A stretch of 60,750 nucleotides of DNA, the filler included. It is 5 parts of 5 records of this genome, joined end to end, with 100 filler letters (N's around TTAATTAATTAA, not from the genome) between each part and the next. Parts side by side here need not be neighbours in the genome. Positions count along the whole stretch, not along the records: positions 11,464 to 38,972 come from SRR31156797_14101; 4 more parts are not named here. One strand, 5' to 3'. Shown piece after piece: positions 29,456-38,288 of this stretch (positions are counted from its first letter, which is position 1; each line of letters begins with the position of its first letter). Position numbers and translations under genes: made by a program. Under the pieces are notes generated by a model that made no database searches, was not told where the DNA came from, and worked only from the letters and a program-made list of their open reading frames with translations.

Positions 29456-29803
29456 ATGCAAAAAGACATTCTCTTCACTCTGCCCGCCAATTTTATGAAC
29501 GGTATGGACGGCCCGTTGTTCTGACCGGAATGCGCGATCCTGGAAGGATTGCTCGGCTACTTTCCCCAGTTGCGGGAAGACCTTGATGTCAGGCCTATCG
29601 AATTCCAACGTCCCAGAGCCGCAATCATCACATTTCTCGGCAAAGAACATCAGGGGTGCCCCTGCCTGATTCTGGCCGATCCGACCAAAGCGGAAGGGTT
29701 GCCTGTCCAACAATACGAACAGTACTCCTTTCTCGACGATCACAAGGCCATCATAGAATATCTGGCCCGCAACAACGGCATCAGCCGTCCGTCGCACGAC
29801 TGA
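29456..29803 (+). CDS. DUF3088-like protein, predicted selenoprotein (UxxC, Sec at codon 23)
   Basis: Manual translation MQKDILFTLPANFMNGMDGPLF-U-PECAILEGLLGYFPQLREDLDVRPIEFQRPRAAIITFLGKEHQGCPCLIL. Family-like sequence on both sides of TGA 29522-24, with RBS and downstream hairpin. Confidence 0.8.
29525..29556 (+). promoter_or_regulatory. Putative bacterial SECIS element
   Basis: 8-bp stem GCGAUCCU/AGGAUUGC with GGA loop 17 nt after the UGA, plus lower stem CCGG/UCGG. Confidence 0.72.
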
Positions 29804-29837
29804 CAAAAGTCATCACACGTGGCGAAGGTCAAACGGC

Positions 29838-30950
29838 TTATTTGCTCACGGAAAGTTTTTGTCCCGGCCTGATGGTAGATTTTGTCGACAACTTATTCAG
29901 CTTGCAAAGCTGCCAAAGGCTCATTTGATGTTTCCGGGCTATGGCCGTCAAGGAATCCCCCCGCTTGACCACATAGGTCTTGGGCTTGAGGGTTTTCCGG
30001 TACTTGGCGATAAGAGGATGATACCGCTTGGCAAAATCTCCTGCCGCTCCTTGCGGCAAATAGAGAATATGATCGCCTCTTGGGATGGTATCGGACAGTA
30101 ATTGCGGGTTCAAATCTCGAATATTTTTATAATATGTCTTAGCGGCCTTGGCTACGAGAGTAACCGGAGTCGCATATTTGGCCTTGAGCTTGATACGATC
30201 AAACTGTTTTGGCGAATAATAATCACCGGGTCGCAAATCAAATCCATAGCGGGCTGGATCGGACAAAATGAGCTTGGCAGCAATGGCACGAGGAATATAC
30301 CGTTGTGTCTCACGGGGCAGATGAAGCCGGTAATAATCCTTAACCTCCTGCTTCTCGATCCGCTTTTTCAATCCCTGCTCGCCCATATTGTACCCGGCAC
30401 ACCCGAGTGTCCATGAACCAAACATATCATGCAACTCGTTCATATACCGAACGGCAGCCTTGGTGGCCGAATAGAAATTACGCCGCTCATCTATGGAGTA
30501 GTTCACGACAAGTCCATAGTTACGCGCTGTGGACGGAATAAACTGCCAGATACCACGTGCCCCTTTATTTGAACCGGCATGAGGTTTAAGCGCACTTTCG
30601 ATCACCGCGATATACTTGAGATCGTCGGGCATATTCGCCCCCTTGAGCACCACCTCAATATGCGGGAAATACCGTCCTGTCCGCTTGAGCCAAAGGATGA
30701 CCTGCGCACGATCCCAGAGCATGAGCAACAGTTCTTTTTCCAGTCGCTCTCGCACCTCAGGCAAATGAACAGGAACGTATTCACCACAAAATTCAAGCGG
30801 CCCACGGATACGAATGGCCGATTCCAATGAGGGGAAAGCAGCGACTTTCATGGGTTCGGTGAGGGCTGGCGACTGGGCACCACCCGCCGTCGTCCAAAGA
30901 AACAGCAAAAAAACCGCCAAAAGCGGAATACGACCATGCCTTATGGGCAC
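29838..30950 (-). CDS. Lytic transglycosylase (SLT, MltD-like) with C-terminal LysM
   Basis: AVIESAL, GARGIWQF, DERRN, YNMGE, ETQRY and YVVKRGDSL..IA. Confidence 0.92.
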   Translation of the reverse strand: MPIRHGRIPLLAVFLLFLWTTAGGAQSPALTEPMKVAAFPSLESAIRIRGPLEFCGEYVPVHLPEVRERLEKELLLMLWDRAQVILWLKRTGRYFPHIEVVLKGANMPDDLKYIAVIESALKPHAGSNKGARGIWQFIPSTARNYGLVVNYSIDERRNFYSATKAAVRYMNELHDMFGSWTLGCAGYNMGEQGLKKRIEKQEVKDYYRLHLPRETQRYIPRAIAAKLILSDPARYGFDLRPGDYYSPKQFDRIKLKAKYATPVTLVAKAAKTYYKNIRDLNPQLLSDTIPRGDHILYLPQGAAGDFAKRYHPLIAKYRKTLKPKTYVVKRGDSLTAIARKHQMSLWQLCKLNKLSTKSTIRPGQKLSVSK

Positions 30951-30967
30951 AATAAAAACTCCATGAC

Positions 30968-30997
30968 ACCCGCGCCGGGCAATAAACCCGGCGCGGG
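30968..30997. terminator. Strong intergenic hairpin downstream of phoH
   Basis: CCCGCGCCGGG-caataaa-CCCGGCGCGGG. No clear U-tract. Confidence 0.5.
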
Positions 30998-31005
30998 ATG
31001 GTATA

Positions 31006-32196
31006 TTACAGTTTTGATTTCAATACGATGTCCGTAATGGGACCGCGTGAACGGTCACCCTTGAGGACCATATGAGCATAATTCTTATACCCTTTGAGCT
31101 TGCGTACTGTCCAGTTAAGTCCGTTATTCGACTCATTGAGATATGGATTATCCACCTGTCTGGTATCACCAAGACAGATGCATTTGACTCCATCGCCCAT
31201 ACGGGTGAGCAAGGCCCGGGTTTCGCCACGAGACAGATTCTGCATCTCGTCCACAATAACTACCGCGTTCTCAATGTTCATACCCCGTAAAAAAGCAACA
31301 GGCTGGACCTCAAATTTTTTGGGATTAAACTTTAACGAATCCCCGGCAGGATCTTGGAATATCCGATTAGCCGGTCTAATATCATGCAACTTGATCAATA
31401 AATCCTGCACATATTTGACATATGGCAGCATTTTTTCTTCGATATCACCCGGCAGGTAGCCCATCTTGGCTCCGATCTCCACGACCGGCTTGACCAAATA
31501 AATCTTACGGTAAGGATTATCCTTACGCTCCAACATAAGATACAGGGCAGCCGCCAGCGACAGGAAGGTTTTGCCGTATCCCGCTTCGGATTGAATAGAC
31601 ACAAGATCAATCCCCTCCTGAAGCATCAGCTCCAAAGCAAGATTCTGATAAATCGAACGGGGTTTCACGCCCCATATTTCATGGGAGTATCCAATCTCCT
31701 TGGGGCCTTCAGGCCCATAGAAAACCGGAGTACCGTTTTCCCATTTGAAACAGTTGCGAACAGGGTCTTCTTCTTCGCTCACAAAGCCCGTGTATTTTTG
31801 TGATTCAGACCGAAACGGATCGGAATCGCGATATTCCTCGCTGGGAATACCATAGCACTTGGCCTTGATCTGAAGAATACGGTCATTGGTGATGAGCGTA
31901 GCATCTTGCGGCCCCACATGCAGAATCTCCTTGAGGATACGATCATCCATCACGGGATCAGTGAGCGTGTCTGCAAAATCGGGGGGGAAAATGTTGACGT
32001 CATCGTCGTGGAGGATGGCGCGCACTGCTTGGGACACGATATGCCCAATGCGCGGGTCTTTCTTGAGTCCGTCCAGTTCAGCAAGGACGGTGTACGGAAT
32101 GTATATCTGGTTTTCCACCCCATTTCTCAGGGCGGTGATGCATTTGGGGTTTTCAATAAGGACGTTGGTATCGAGGACAAACTGCTTCTGGGCCAT
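31006..32196 (-). CDS. PIN domain + PhoH ATPase (PhoH2/YlaK-like)
   Basis: FVLDTNVL PIN domain, Walker A AGYGKT, GYLPG, FLRG, DEMQN and LGD..QVD. Confidence 0.92.
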   Translation of the reverse strand: MAQKQFVLDTNVLIENPKCITALRNGVENQIYIPYTVLAELDGLKKDPRIGHIVSQAVRAILHDDDVNIFPPDFADTLTDPVMDDRILKEILHVGPQDATLITNDRILQIKAKCYGIPSEEYRDSDPFRSESQKYTGFVSEEEDPVRNCFKWENGTPVFYGPEGPKEIGYSHEIWGVKPRSIYQNLALELMLQEGIDLVSIQSEAGYGKTFLSLAAALYLMLERKDNPYRKIYLVKPVVEIGAKMGYLPGDIEEKMLPYVKYVQDLLIKLHDIRPANRIFQDPAGDSLKFNPKKFEVQPVAFLRGMNIENAVVIVDEMQNLSRGETRALLTRMGDGVKCICLGDTRQVDNPYLNESNNGLNWTVRKLKGYKNYAHMVLKGDRSRGPITDIVLKSKL

Positions 32197-32377
32197 AATC
32201 CCCCGTCCGTGGGTTTGAAAGTTGATTCCAGGGCTTCACCATGCCTTGTACCCGAGGCCGGGAATCAGCGAATCAATTTCATCTGCACCTCCATTCTTTT
32301 TCACATTCGATACTGAACCATGACGATTTTTTAAGAAAAAGTCTAGACGCAAATTGCCTCATACCAAAAGGAAAAGC

Positions 32378-32404
32378 ATGACGGAAACGTGACGATCCGA
32401 TGAT
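32378..32404 (-). promoter_or_regulatory. Three Pho-box-like direct repeats upstream of phoH
   Basis: Minus-strand ATCAT, GTCAC and GTCAT at exact 11-bp spacing (plus-strand starts 32400, 32389, 32378). Confidence 0.6.
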
Positions 32405-32445
32405 ATCAGGATCATTCAACAAGCAGCCAAAAAAAATCGAACGTA

Positions 32446-34098
32446 TCAATGATTCAATAAAGGAACGATCATCCCGGAAGAATCCCGATTTTTCAAGACA
32501 CGCATGAAGGCAACTTCCTGCCCCTGCTGCATGGCAATATTCAATCCCAGACGCAATTCTTCGAGGCCGGAATCCAAACGGTAGGAAGCAAGGTTCGCCA
32601 ACCCTATTTCAAGAGCAAGGCGCCAATCATCACGCTTGAACAAAGTCAGAATGGAAAGAAACCCCACACGCGACTGCTCCAGTCCGGGCAATGGCCGAAG
32701 CATGGAATCCAAAAGTCGAAGGGTGGACAAATCATTCGGCTCATCTTCCAAAATGGTCAGCAAACATTCTGCCGCTGATCCCGGCAAATGTCGGGCCATA
32801 TCAAAAGAGAATCCCTGTCGGACCACACACCCACGCCGGGCTAAGTCCTTTGCCCACAAGGTCAATAATTCTTTGGGTGATTCAGGAGGAGCCAACTCAA
32901 TACCTTTGGCCTCCAGATACCGGTACCAAAACACCTTGGCCGCATCAAAATTATTCAACTTCAATGCTGCCATTGATGCCGTCTGATTCAACTTCGAGAC
33001 ATCTCCGGGAGCAGGATTCGTCAATAAGGTCATCACATTTTGCTCAAGAACGGGGTCAACGCCCGCCATGGTCTGAACTCGAAGCGCCATGCTCACCACT
33101 TCCGCATCCTGTGACACGGAGGCAAGACGGGACAGCAAATCTGCATGAGCGATATCCACCAGTCCGGCCTCGGCCAATGCACACGCTGTAAGCGCGGTCC
33201 ACTTGTCGGCCTCACGACCCGCAACCCTATTTCGTCCTGCATCCGCAGCGAATTCGAGAATACGCGCCGCCCGATGATCTGGAAGATGTTCCGCCTTGAT
33301 CCGTGCATGGGCAGCCCGCCCCATGGTCCCGGCAAGGCGTGGGTTGGCCTGATACATGGACAGTTTTTCGCCCAACTCAACGACATGTGAATAGGTATCC
33401 ATCTCCCGGCCCGGCTCGAAAAGCTCTGCCTGCTCCTCGATATCCTGACCAAGAACCAGACAGCCGCAGGACGTACCTTCAAACAACCGAAAATTGACTT
33501 CACCGAAAATGGATTCGTTGGGGATAACACGGCTAGCTCGATATAAAGTCATCATATCGGGAAAAGCCAGCCCCTCCCGGAGAGTCAGGGGACTCCCAAC
33601 AGTCTTGTCCCTCAAAAATTCAACCATCCACTTCCGGGTCGGACGCTGATCAGTCACTCGCCCCACAAAAGTCAGGCCATGCTCACGTTCGTTCCAATTG
33701 ATAAACGGCTCCTGATGGCCGTACCACGGCAACCAGCGTATATCCGACGCACCGCATTGGCCGAGCTTGTCGATCCACGCTTTTTGCGTCGAGCACACCA
33801 CATCGAACAACCGAGCGTAAACGCTGTGCCAATGCGCATTCAAATGAGGGTCGATGCACCAGAGCATGACAGGAGCATCCACTTGATCCAAACCAGTAAG
33901 AATGGTCCGTGAAGCCATACGCTCAACCTGCAAAACCAGATCGGGCTTTTTCCCGGCGCGTTCCAAGGCTATGGGAAGATCAAAAAAAGGATCTTGAGGT
34001 GTATGAATAGCAAAAACATCCAAACCGGCCCGGATAAAAGCCTTCTCAAGTTCAAGCTGCCCATCGATAAGGCACAGGGTACGAATGTCAGCGGCCAT
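32446..34098 (-). CDS. Glycosyltransferase, CgeB / GT-B-like, with helical C-terminal extension
   Basis: WCIDPHLN, FVGR, PNESI.GEVNFRLFE..SCG and EH...HR motifs. Confidence 0.75.
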   Translation of the reverse strand: MAADIRTLCLIDGQLELEKAFIRAGLDVFAIHTPQDPFFDLPIALERAGKKPDLVLQVERMASRTILTGLDQVDAPVMLWCIDPHLNAHWHSVYARLFDVVCSTQKAWIDKLGQCGASDIRWLPWYGHQEPFINWNEREHGLTFVGRVTDQRPTRKWMVEFLRDKTVGSPLTLREGLAFPDMMTLYRASRVIPNESIFGEVNFRLFEGTSCGCLVLGQDIEEQAELFEPGREMDTYSHVVELGEKLSMYQANPRLAGTMGRAAHARIKAEHLPDHRAARILEFAADAGRNRVAGREADKWTALTACALAEAGLVDIAHADLLSRLASVSQDAEVVSMALRVQTMAGVDPVLEQNVMTLLTNPAPGDVSKLNQTASMAALKLNNFDAAKVFWYRYLEAKGIELAPPESPKELLTLWAKDLARRGCVVRQGFSFDMARHLPGSAAECLLTILEDEPNDLSTLRLLDSMLRPLPGLEQSRVGFLSILTLFKRDDWRLALEIGLANLASYRLDSGLEELRLGLNIAMQQGQEVAFMRVLKNRDSSGMIVPLLNH

Positions 34099-34270
34099 GA
34101 CCGACGTATATACTGTTTTACACACATTTGTCATGGGCGCCCTTTGTCAGGCTTATCGTCCGAAAACCATTACCAGCCGGGATTTCCCACGCTTTTGGCA
34201 TCTGTTCTATAAAATACAATATATTGATTTTAAAGGACATAATTAATCGTGAAAAAGCATGAATTCCCCC

Positions 34271-34298
34271 TAAGCATTCTCAGCGTCCTGACCGATAA
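34271..34298 (+). promoter_or_regulatory. Putative sigma28 (FliA) promoter
   Basis: TAAG-N16-ACCGATAA compared with consensus TAAA-N15-GCCGATAA. Upstream of a flgM-like gene. Confidence 0.5.
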
Positions 34299-34370
34299 GA
34301 GTTTCAACTGCGATTGAAAGTCTGATTGCCAGACAAACCTCGCAGTCATTCCACAGGTTACGAGAGAGTA

Positions 34371-34475
34371 TGGCCGCAAGGATGTGGCCAGAGGCTGTCG
34401 CAGCGGGATGAAGGGAGAACTTGGGGAGGACGTGAGACATCCTCCCACTGACTTCAATAACCCAGGGAGGGGTTA
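34371..34475 (+). promoter_or_regulatory. Structured 5' leader with CsrA-type GGA hairpins
   Basis: TGGCCGC-AAGGAT-GTGGCCA, GGGAGGA..TCCTCCC and TAACCC-AGGGAG-GGGTTA abutting the ATG. Confidence 0.55.
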
Positions 34476-34703
34476 ATGAAGGGTTATACTGAAAGCCGCG
34501 CATACCACGTGGCCAATATAGAGACCGAGCAGGTCTTCGACGACTTTGACGCAATCGAATCGGACCGTCCCCATCGGGACACCCCCGACGAACGCGCCCA
34601 AAAGATCGCCCGCCTCAAAGCCAAGGTGAACGCCGGGGAATACGAGCCGGATGTCATGGATATCGCCAAGCTGCTCACGTCGGCTATGGACCCGACACTG
34701 TAG
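34476..34703 (+). CDS. flgM: FlgM-like anti-sigma28 protein (short)
   Basis: C-terminal RAQKIARLKAKVNAGEYEPD..DIA.LL is the FlgM sigma-binding signature. Confidence 0.75.
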   Translation: MKGYTESRAYHVANIETEQVFDDFDAIESDRPHRDTPDERAQKIARLKAKVNAGEYEPDVMDIAKLLTSAMDPTL

Positions 34704-34716
34704 TCCACTCCAACAC

Positions 34717-34750
34717 AAACGGCCCGGAATAATTCAATTCCGGGCCGTTT
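34717..34750. terminator. Hairpin terminator between flgM-like and htpG
   Basis: AAACGGCCCGGAAT-aattca-ATTCCGGGCCGTTT. Confidence 0.75.
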
Positions 34751-34865
34751 GTGTTGGGAAATATATACCCGCCCTTGCCGTATAAAAAAAGACCCGAATC
34801 GCATACAGCGACTCGGGTCAAAGTATATACAGCCTCCGACCATCTTGGTCGAACATGACTTTCGT

Positions 34866-36755
34866 CTATTTATTAGAATCCACGTACCAACCGCTGGACT
34901 TGGTCAACAGGTCCTGCACACGTCCCACAAGGGCATGGGGGTCGGTAAGGTAACCTTCAAGCAACAAGGCTGACTCGAAAAGCTGGTTGGCAGCCTGATC
35001 GATGAACGGATCGTTCTCGTCCTTTTTGAAGATGGTCAGCATATTGCGAACAAGGGCGTGATCGGGGTTGATTTCCAGCACCTTCTTGGGGATGGAAGAG
35101 TCCTTGCTCATGACGCGCATGATCTTGTCCATGGACGAGGTCACATTGCCGTCTGGGTTGGCCAGACAAACCGGAGAATCAGACAAACGGGTTGAGGCCT
35201 TGACCTCGGTCACGCCGTCACCCAGTACGTCCTTGATGCGAACAAGCAGCTTATCGAGCGTGGACTGTTGGTCATCGGACAAGGCTTCGGGCTTGTCTTC
35301 CTTTTCCAGAGACTCGAACTGGTCGAGCTTGGACACATCGGCATGTTCAGCGGAAACAAGCGTGTACCCGTCAAAGTCGCGCAGGGCGTCCATGACGAAC
35401 TCATCGATTGGTTCATAGAGATACAGAACCTCGATGCCCTTCTTGCGGAAGACTTCAAGATGCGGAGACAGCCCCAAAGCTTCGCGGCTGGGACCATATG
35501 CATAGTAAATTTCCTTCTGATCTTCCTTGGCGCGGGTGATGTACTCGGCAAACGAGGACAGCCCCTTGTCGTCTTCGGAAGCTGAAGAATTGAAACGCAC
35601 GAGATTCCCGAACTTGTCCTTATTCAGGAAGTCCATGTAACCGGCCTTGAACAGCTCTCCGTGGGCATGCCAAAATTCGGCATAACGGTCAGCATTGTCC
35701 TTGGCCATCTTGTCGAGATGATTCAGGACCTGCTTGACCAGCGTGGAGCTGATCTTGCGCATCAAGATGTTGTCTTGCAATGTCTCACGAGAGATATTCA
35801 GCGGCAGGTCTTCAGTGTCCACTACGCCCTTGACGAAGGCGAGGTATTCCGGAAGCAAATCCTTGTTCTGTTTTTCGATGAGCACACGACGGACATACAG
35901 ATCGAGTCCACGATTCTCCCGACCCATGCCAAACGGATCGCCGCCTTCGTTGGGTATAAACATCAAGGCGTTGAACTGAACCGGCGCGTCAACGGAGGTG
36001 TGCAGAGTGTCGAACGGGTCTTCGGAATCAAAGGTGAGGAACTTGTAGAACTCAGCGTACTGCTCCGGCTTAATCTGGAATTTCGGTTCACGCCAAAGAG
36101 CCTGAATGGTGTTAACCCGATCCTCGCCCACAAAAATGGGGAAATTGATAAAGTTGGAGTGCGTATTGACGACATGCTTGAGATGCGCTTCGTTAGTAAA
36201 CTGCGAAGCCAAATCTTCCTTGAGAGATACAGTAATCTCTGTGCCGTGCGGACGATCTTCGTCCAGTTCCTGCAACTTGTAGTCGGTCCGGCCGTCAGAG
36301 GTCCATGCAATGGGCTTGGCGTCCGGCTCGATGGAGCGGGTGGTGACGGTCACTTCATCAGCGACCATATACACGGAATAAAAACCAACACCGAAACGAC
36401 CAATCAACGAATCAAGGGACTCCTTACCTTCTTCGGCCAGACGGGCCAACTCGGCAGTGCCAGAATGAGCGATAGTACCGATGTTGCGCATAAGCTCATC
36501 ACGCGTCATGCCGACACCGGTATCCGTGATGGTCAACGTCTTGGCTTCTTCATCAGTGGTAATACGAATTTCCGGGGCAATCTCTTCCTCGCCGTTGTCG
36601 GACTGCGCCTTGAAACGAACTTTTTCCAAGGCGTCGGATGCGTTGGAAATCAGTTCGCGCAGAAAAATTTCCTTGTTGGTATAAAGGGAATGAACCAGAA
36701 TTTCGAGAAGCTGGCTGACCTCAGCCTTGAATTTGTGCGTAGTTTTTCGACCCAT
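34866..36755 (-). CDS. htpG: Chaperone HtpG (Hsp90)
   Basis: LYTNKEIFLRELISNASDA, DTGVGM, IGRFGVGFYS, DLPLNISRE and LEINP.H. Confidence 0.97.
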   Translation of the reverse strand: MGRKTTHKFKAEVSQLLEILVHSLYTNKEIFLRELISNASDALEKVRFKAQSDNGEEEIAPEIRITTDEEAKTLTITDTGVGMTRDELMRNIGTIAHSGTAELARLAEEGKESLDSLIGRFGVGFYSVYMVADEVTVTTRSIEPDAKPIAWTSDGRTDYKLQELDEDRPHGTEITVSLKEDLASQFTNEAHLKHVVNTHSNFINFPIFVGEDRVNTIQALWREPKFQIKPEQYAEFYKFLTFDSEDPFDTLHTSVDAPVQFNALMFIPNEGGDPFGMGRENRGLDLYVRRVLIEKQNKDLLPEYLAFVKGVVDTEDLPLNISRETLQDNILMRKISSTLVKQVLNHLDKMAKDNADRYAEFWHAHGELFKAGYMDFLNKDKFGNLVRFNSSASEDDKGLSSFAEYITRAKEDQKEIYYAYGPSREALGLSPHLEVFRKKGIEVLYLYEPIDEFVMDALRDFDGYTLVSAEHADVSKLDQFESLEKEDKPEALSDDQQSTLDKLLVRIKDVLGDGVTEVKASTRLSDSPVCLANPDGNVTSSMDKIMRVMSKDSSIPKKVLEINPDHALVRNMLTIFKKDENDPFIDQAANQLFESALLLEGYLTDPHALVGRVQDLLTKSSGWYVDSNK

Positions 36756-36868
36756 GAATATTCCTCCAATCAAATGATATGAACGCCCGCCGAGTGAGCA
36801 ACAGGACTCACCCGGCGGGACTTGCTGTAAAATGTGTGTGTTCGGGAAACAACGCCCCTGAACAGGGA

Positions 36869-37477
36869 CTAGGTAGATACTGATTTTATCTTGTCAAGAA
36901 GGTACTTTTCCATTTCACGACGGTCCTTTCTGAGCCGAACCATTTCCGCTTCCATAATAGCAAGCTTTTCCTTGAGTTCCCGATTCTCGTTTTTAAGCAA
37001 CTCGGTCTCTTCCATGGTGTTCGTAATGCGTCCAGCCGCTTCTTCCAGTCCACTGCGGATATCGGACACATCCGGCGATTCCCCTCCGCCCTGATCAAGA
37101 ACAGACCGGATGCCCTCTCCCACGGACTTGGCAATTTCAAGACCAATGGCAGCGGCCATTTTCATAGCAGGCTCCATAGCGTTGACCGACACCACAGCCG
37201 GAGAACCTTCACCGCTCGGCACAGGCATGGCATCGGCCTGAAGTGGAAAATTCTGAGACAACTGATCCATGACATCACGGGCTGTATGACCTTCCTTGAG
37301 CAAACGAGAAATGGTCCCAAAAATTTCTATGGCTTCTGGCTTGAACCGCTTTTGCCGCCCACGGCCCACAGAAGGCAAGTGTTGAGCAAACCGATTTTTC
37401 CAATAATGCACCGTGGACTCGGGCAACTCTAATTCGCGAGCGATCTCGGCCACGGAAAGCACTTTCTTGCCAGTCAT
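36869..37477 (-). CDS. MerR-type HTH protein with C-terminal coiled coil
   Basis: LSVAEIARELELPESTVHYW...F HTH and heptad-rich C-terminus. Confidence 0.8.
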   Translation of the reverse strand: MTGKKVLSVAEIARELELPESTVHYWKNRFAQHLPSVGRGRQKRFKPEAIEIFGTISRLLKEGHTARDVMDQLSQNFPLQADAMPVPSGEGSPAVVSVNAMEPAMKMAAAIGLEIAKSVGEGIRSVLDQGGGESPDVSDIRSGLEEAAGRITNTMEETELLKNENRELKEKLAIMEAEMVRLRKDRREMEKYLLDKIKSVST

Positions 37478-37775
37478 GTCACACTCCCTTAAAGACCTTG
37501 TTGTTCTTCATTGGAGTACATAAAAATACGGCTTTCTACAAGAAAAAACCACTCCCATCCACTTCATATTAAAGAATTTTTACCAAATACAACAGTTCAT
37601 TTATACGGTTGTGGTTGATATTCTTGATTTTTTCTAGACTTTTAATAGACTGATCGACATAGAAAAAAACATGACGCCAAAAACCTATACACAGCACAGT
37701 TTGCGCTCAATGAAATATCTCTTTATGGTCTTGCGGTCGTCTTATGCTTTGCCGCACCAAAGGAACACACTGAAC

Positions 37776-38252
37776 ATGAAATCATTTTTCACATCTCAGG
37801 CTGCCTACCTGTCGCTCAGGCTCATCATCGGAGGGTTGTTTCTCTACGCCGGAGTCCTCAAACTTTCGAGTCCCTATGATTTTGCCATGACCATCAACCT
37901 CTATGGGCTGGTTACATGGCGTATGTCCACGGCATTGTCATACATCATCCCATGCATCGAGATTATCAGTGGATTGGGGCTGATCCTGAACATCAGAGGA
38001 GCGTTGGCTTTGGTTGTGGCACAGTTGTTGGGGTTCATGGTCGTGCTTTTGTACGCCCTGCATCTCGGACTGGACGCGGACTGCGGGTGTTTCGGTACAC
38101 CACGCGCCACGGACAATGACCCAGTTGGGCCGCTTGAAGCTTTCATTCGCGACGGGGCCATGCTTTCAGCCTGTGCAATCATGTATTGGCAACGCACGGT
38201 CGGGGAGAACATTCCTCGTAGCCTTTCACTCTCTCTTTCCAAAAACGCATAA
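37776..38252 (+). CDS. MauE/DoxX family redox-associated membrane protein
   Basis: R...GGLFLYAG..K, DCGCFG and RD motifs with four TM segments. Start reassigned after AAGGAA. Confidence 0.85.
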   Translation: MKSFFTSQAAYLSLRLIIGGLFLYAGVLKLSSPYDFAMTINLYGLVTWRMSTALSYIIPCIEIISGLGLILNIRGALALVVAQLLGFMVVLLYALHLGLDADCGCFGTPRATDNDPVGPLEAFIRDGAMLSACAIMYWQRTVGENIPRSLSLSLSKNA

Positions 38253-38278
38253 AAAAGGCCGTTTACTCACGGCCTTTT
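38251..38278. terminator. Bidirectional terminator
   Basis: AAAAAAGGCCGT-ttactc-ACGGCCTTTT between convergent genes. Confidence 0.75.
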
Positions 38279-38288
38279 CAACTCCAAC

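Noticed and set aside
29522-29524. Reading the in-frame TGA as a simple pseudogenising nonsense mutation
   Set aside because: Disfavoured but not excluded. The TGA falls on the expected Cys, is followed by a SECIS-like hairpin, and the RBS, promoter candidate and rest of the gene look intact.
29348-29806. 152-aa minus-strand ORF between ald and the transglycosylase
   Set aside because: No motifs. It overlaps the ald terminator and is antisense to the better-supported DUF3088-like gene.
32265-32267. TGA of the MKLIR uORF as a second Sec codon
   Set aside because: Read-through is out of frame with phoH and gives no recognisable protein or Cys-homologue context.
34300-34475. Possible c-di-GMP riboswitch in the flgM-like leader
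   Set aside because: I could not find the GEMM-type P1 and tetraloop/receptor consensus. GGA hairpins explain the structure better.
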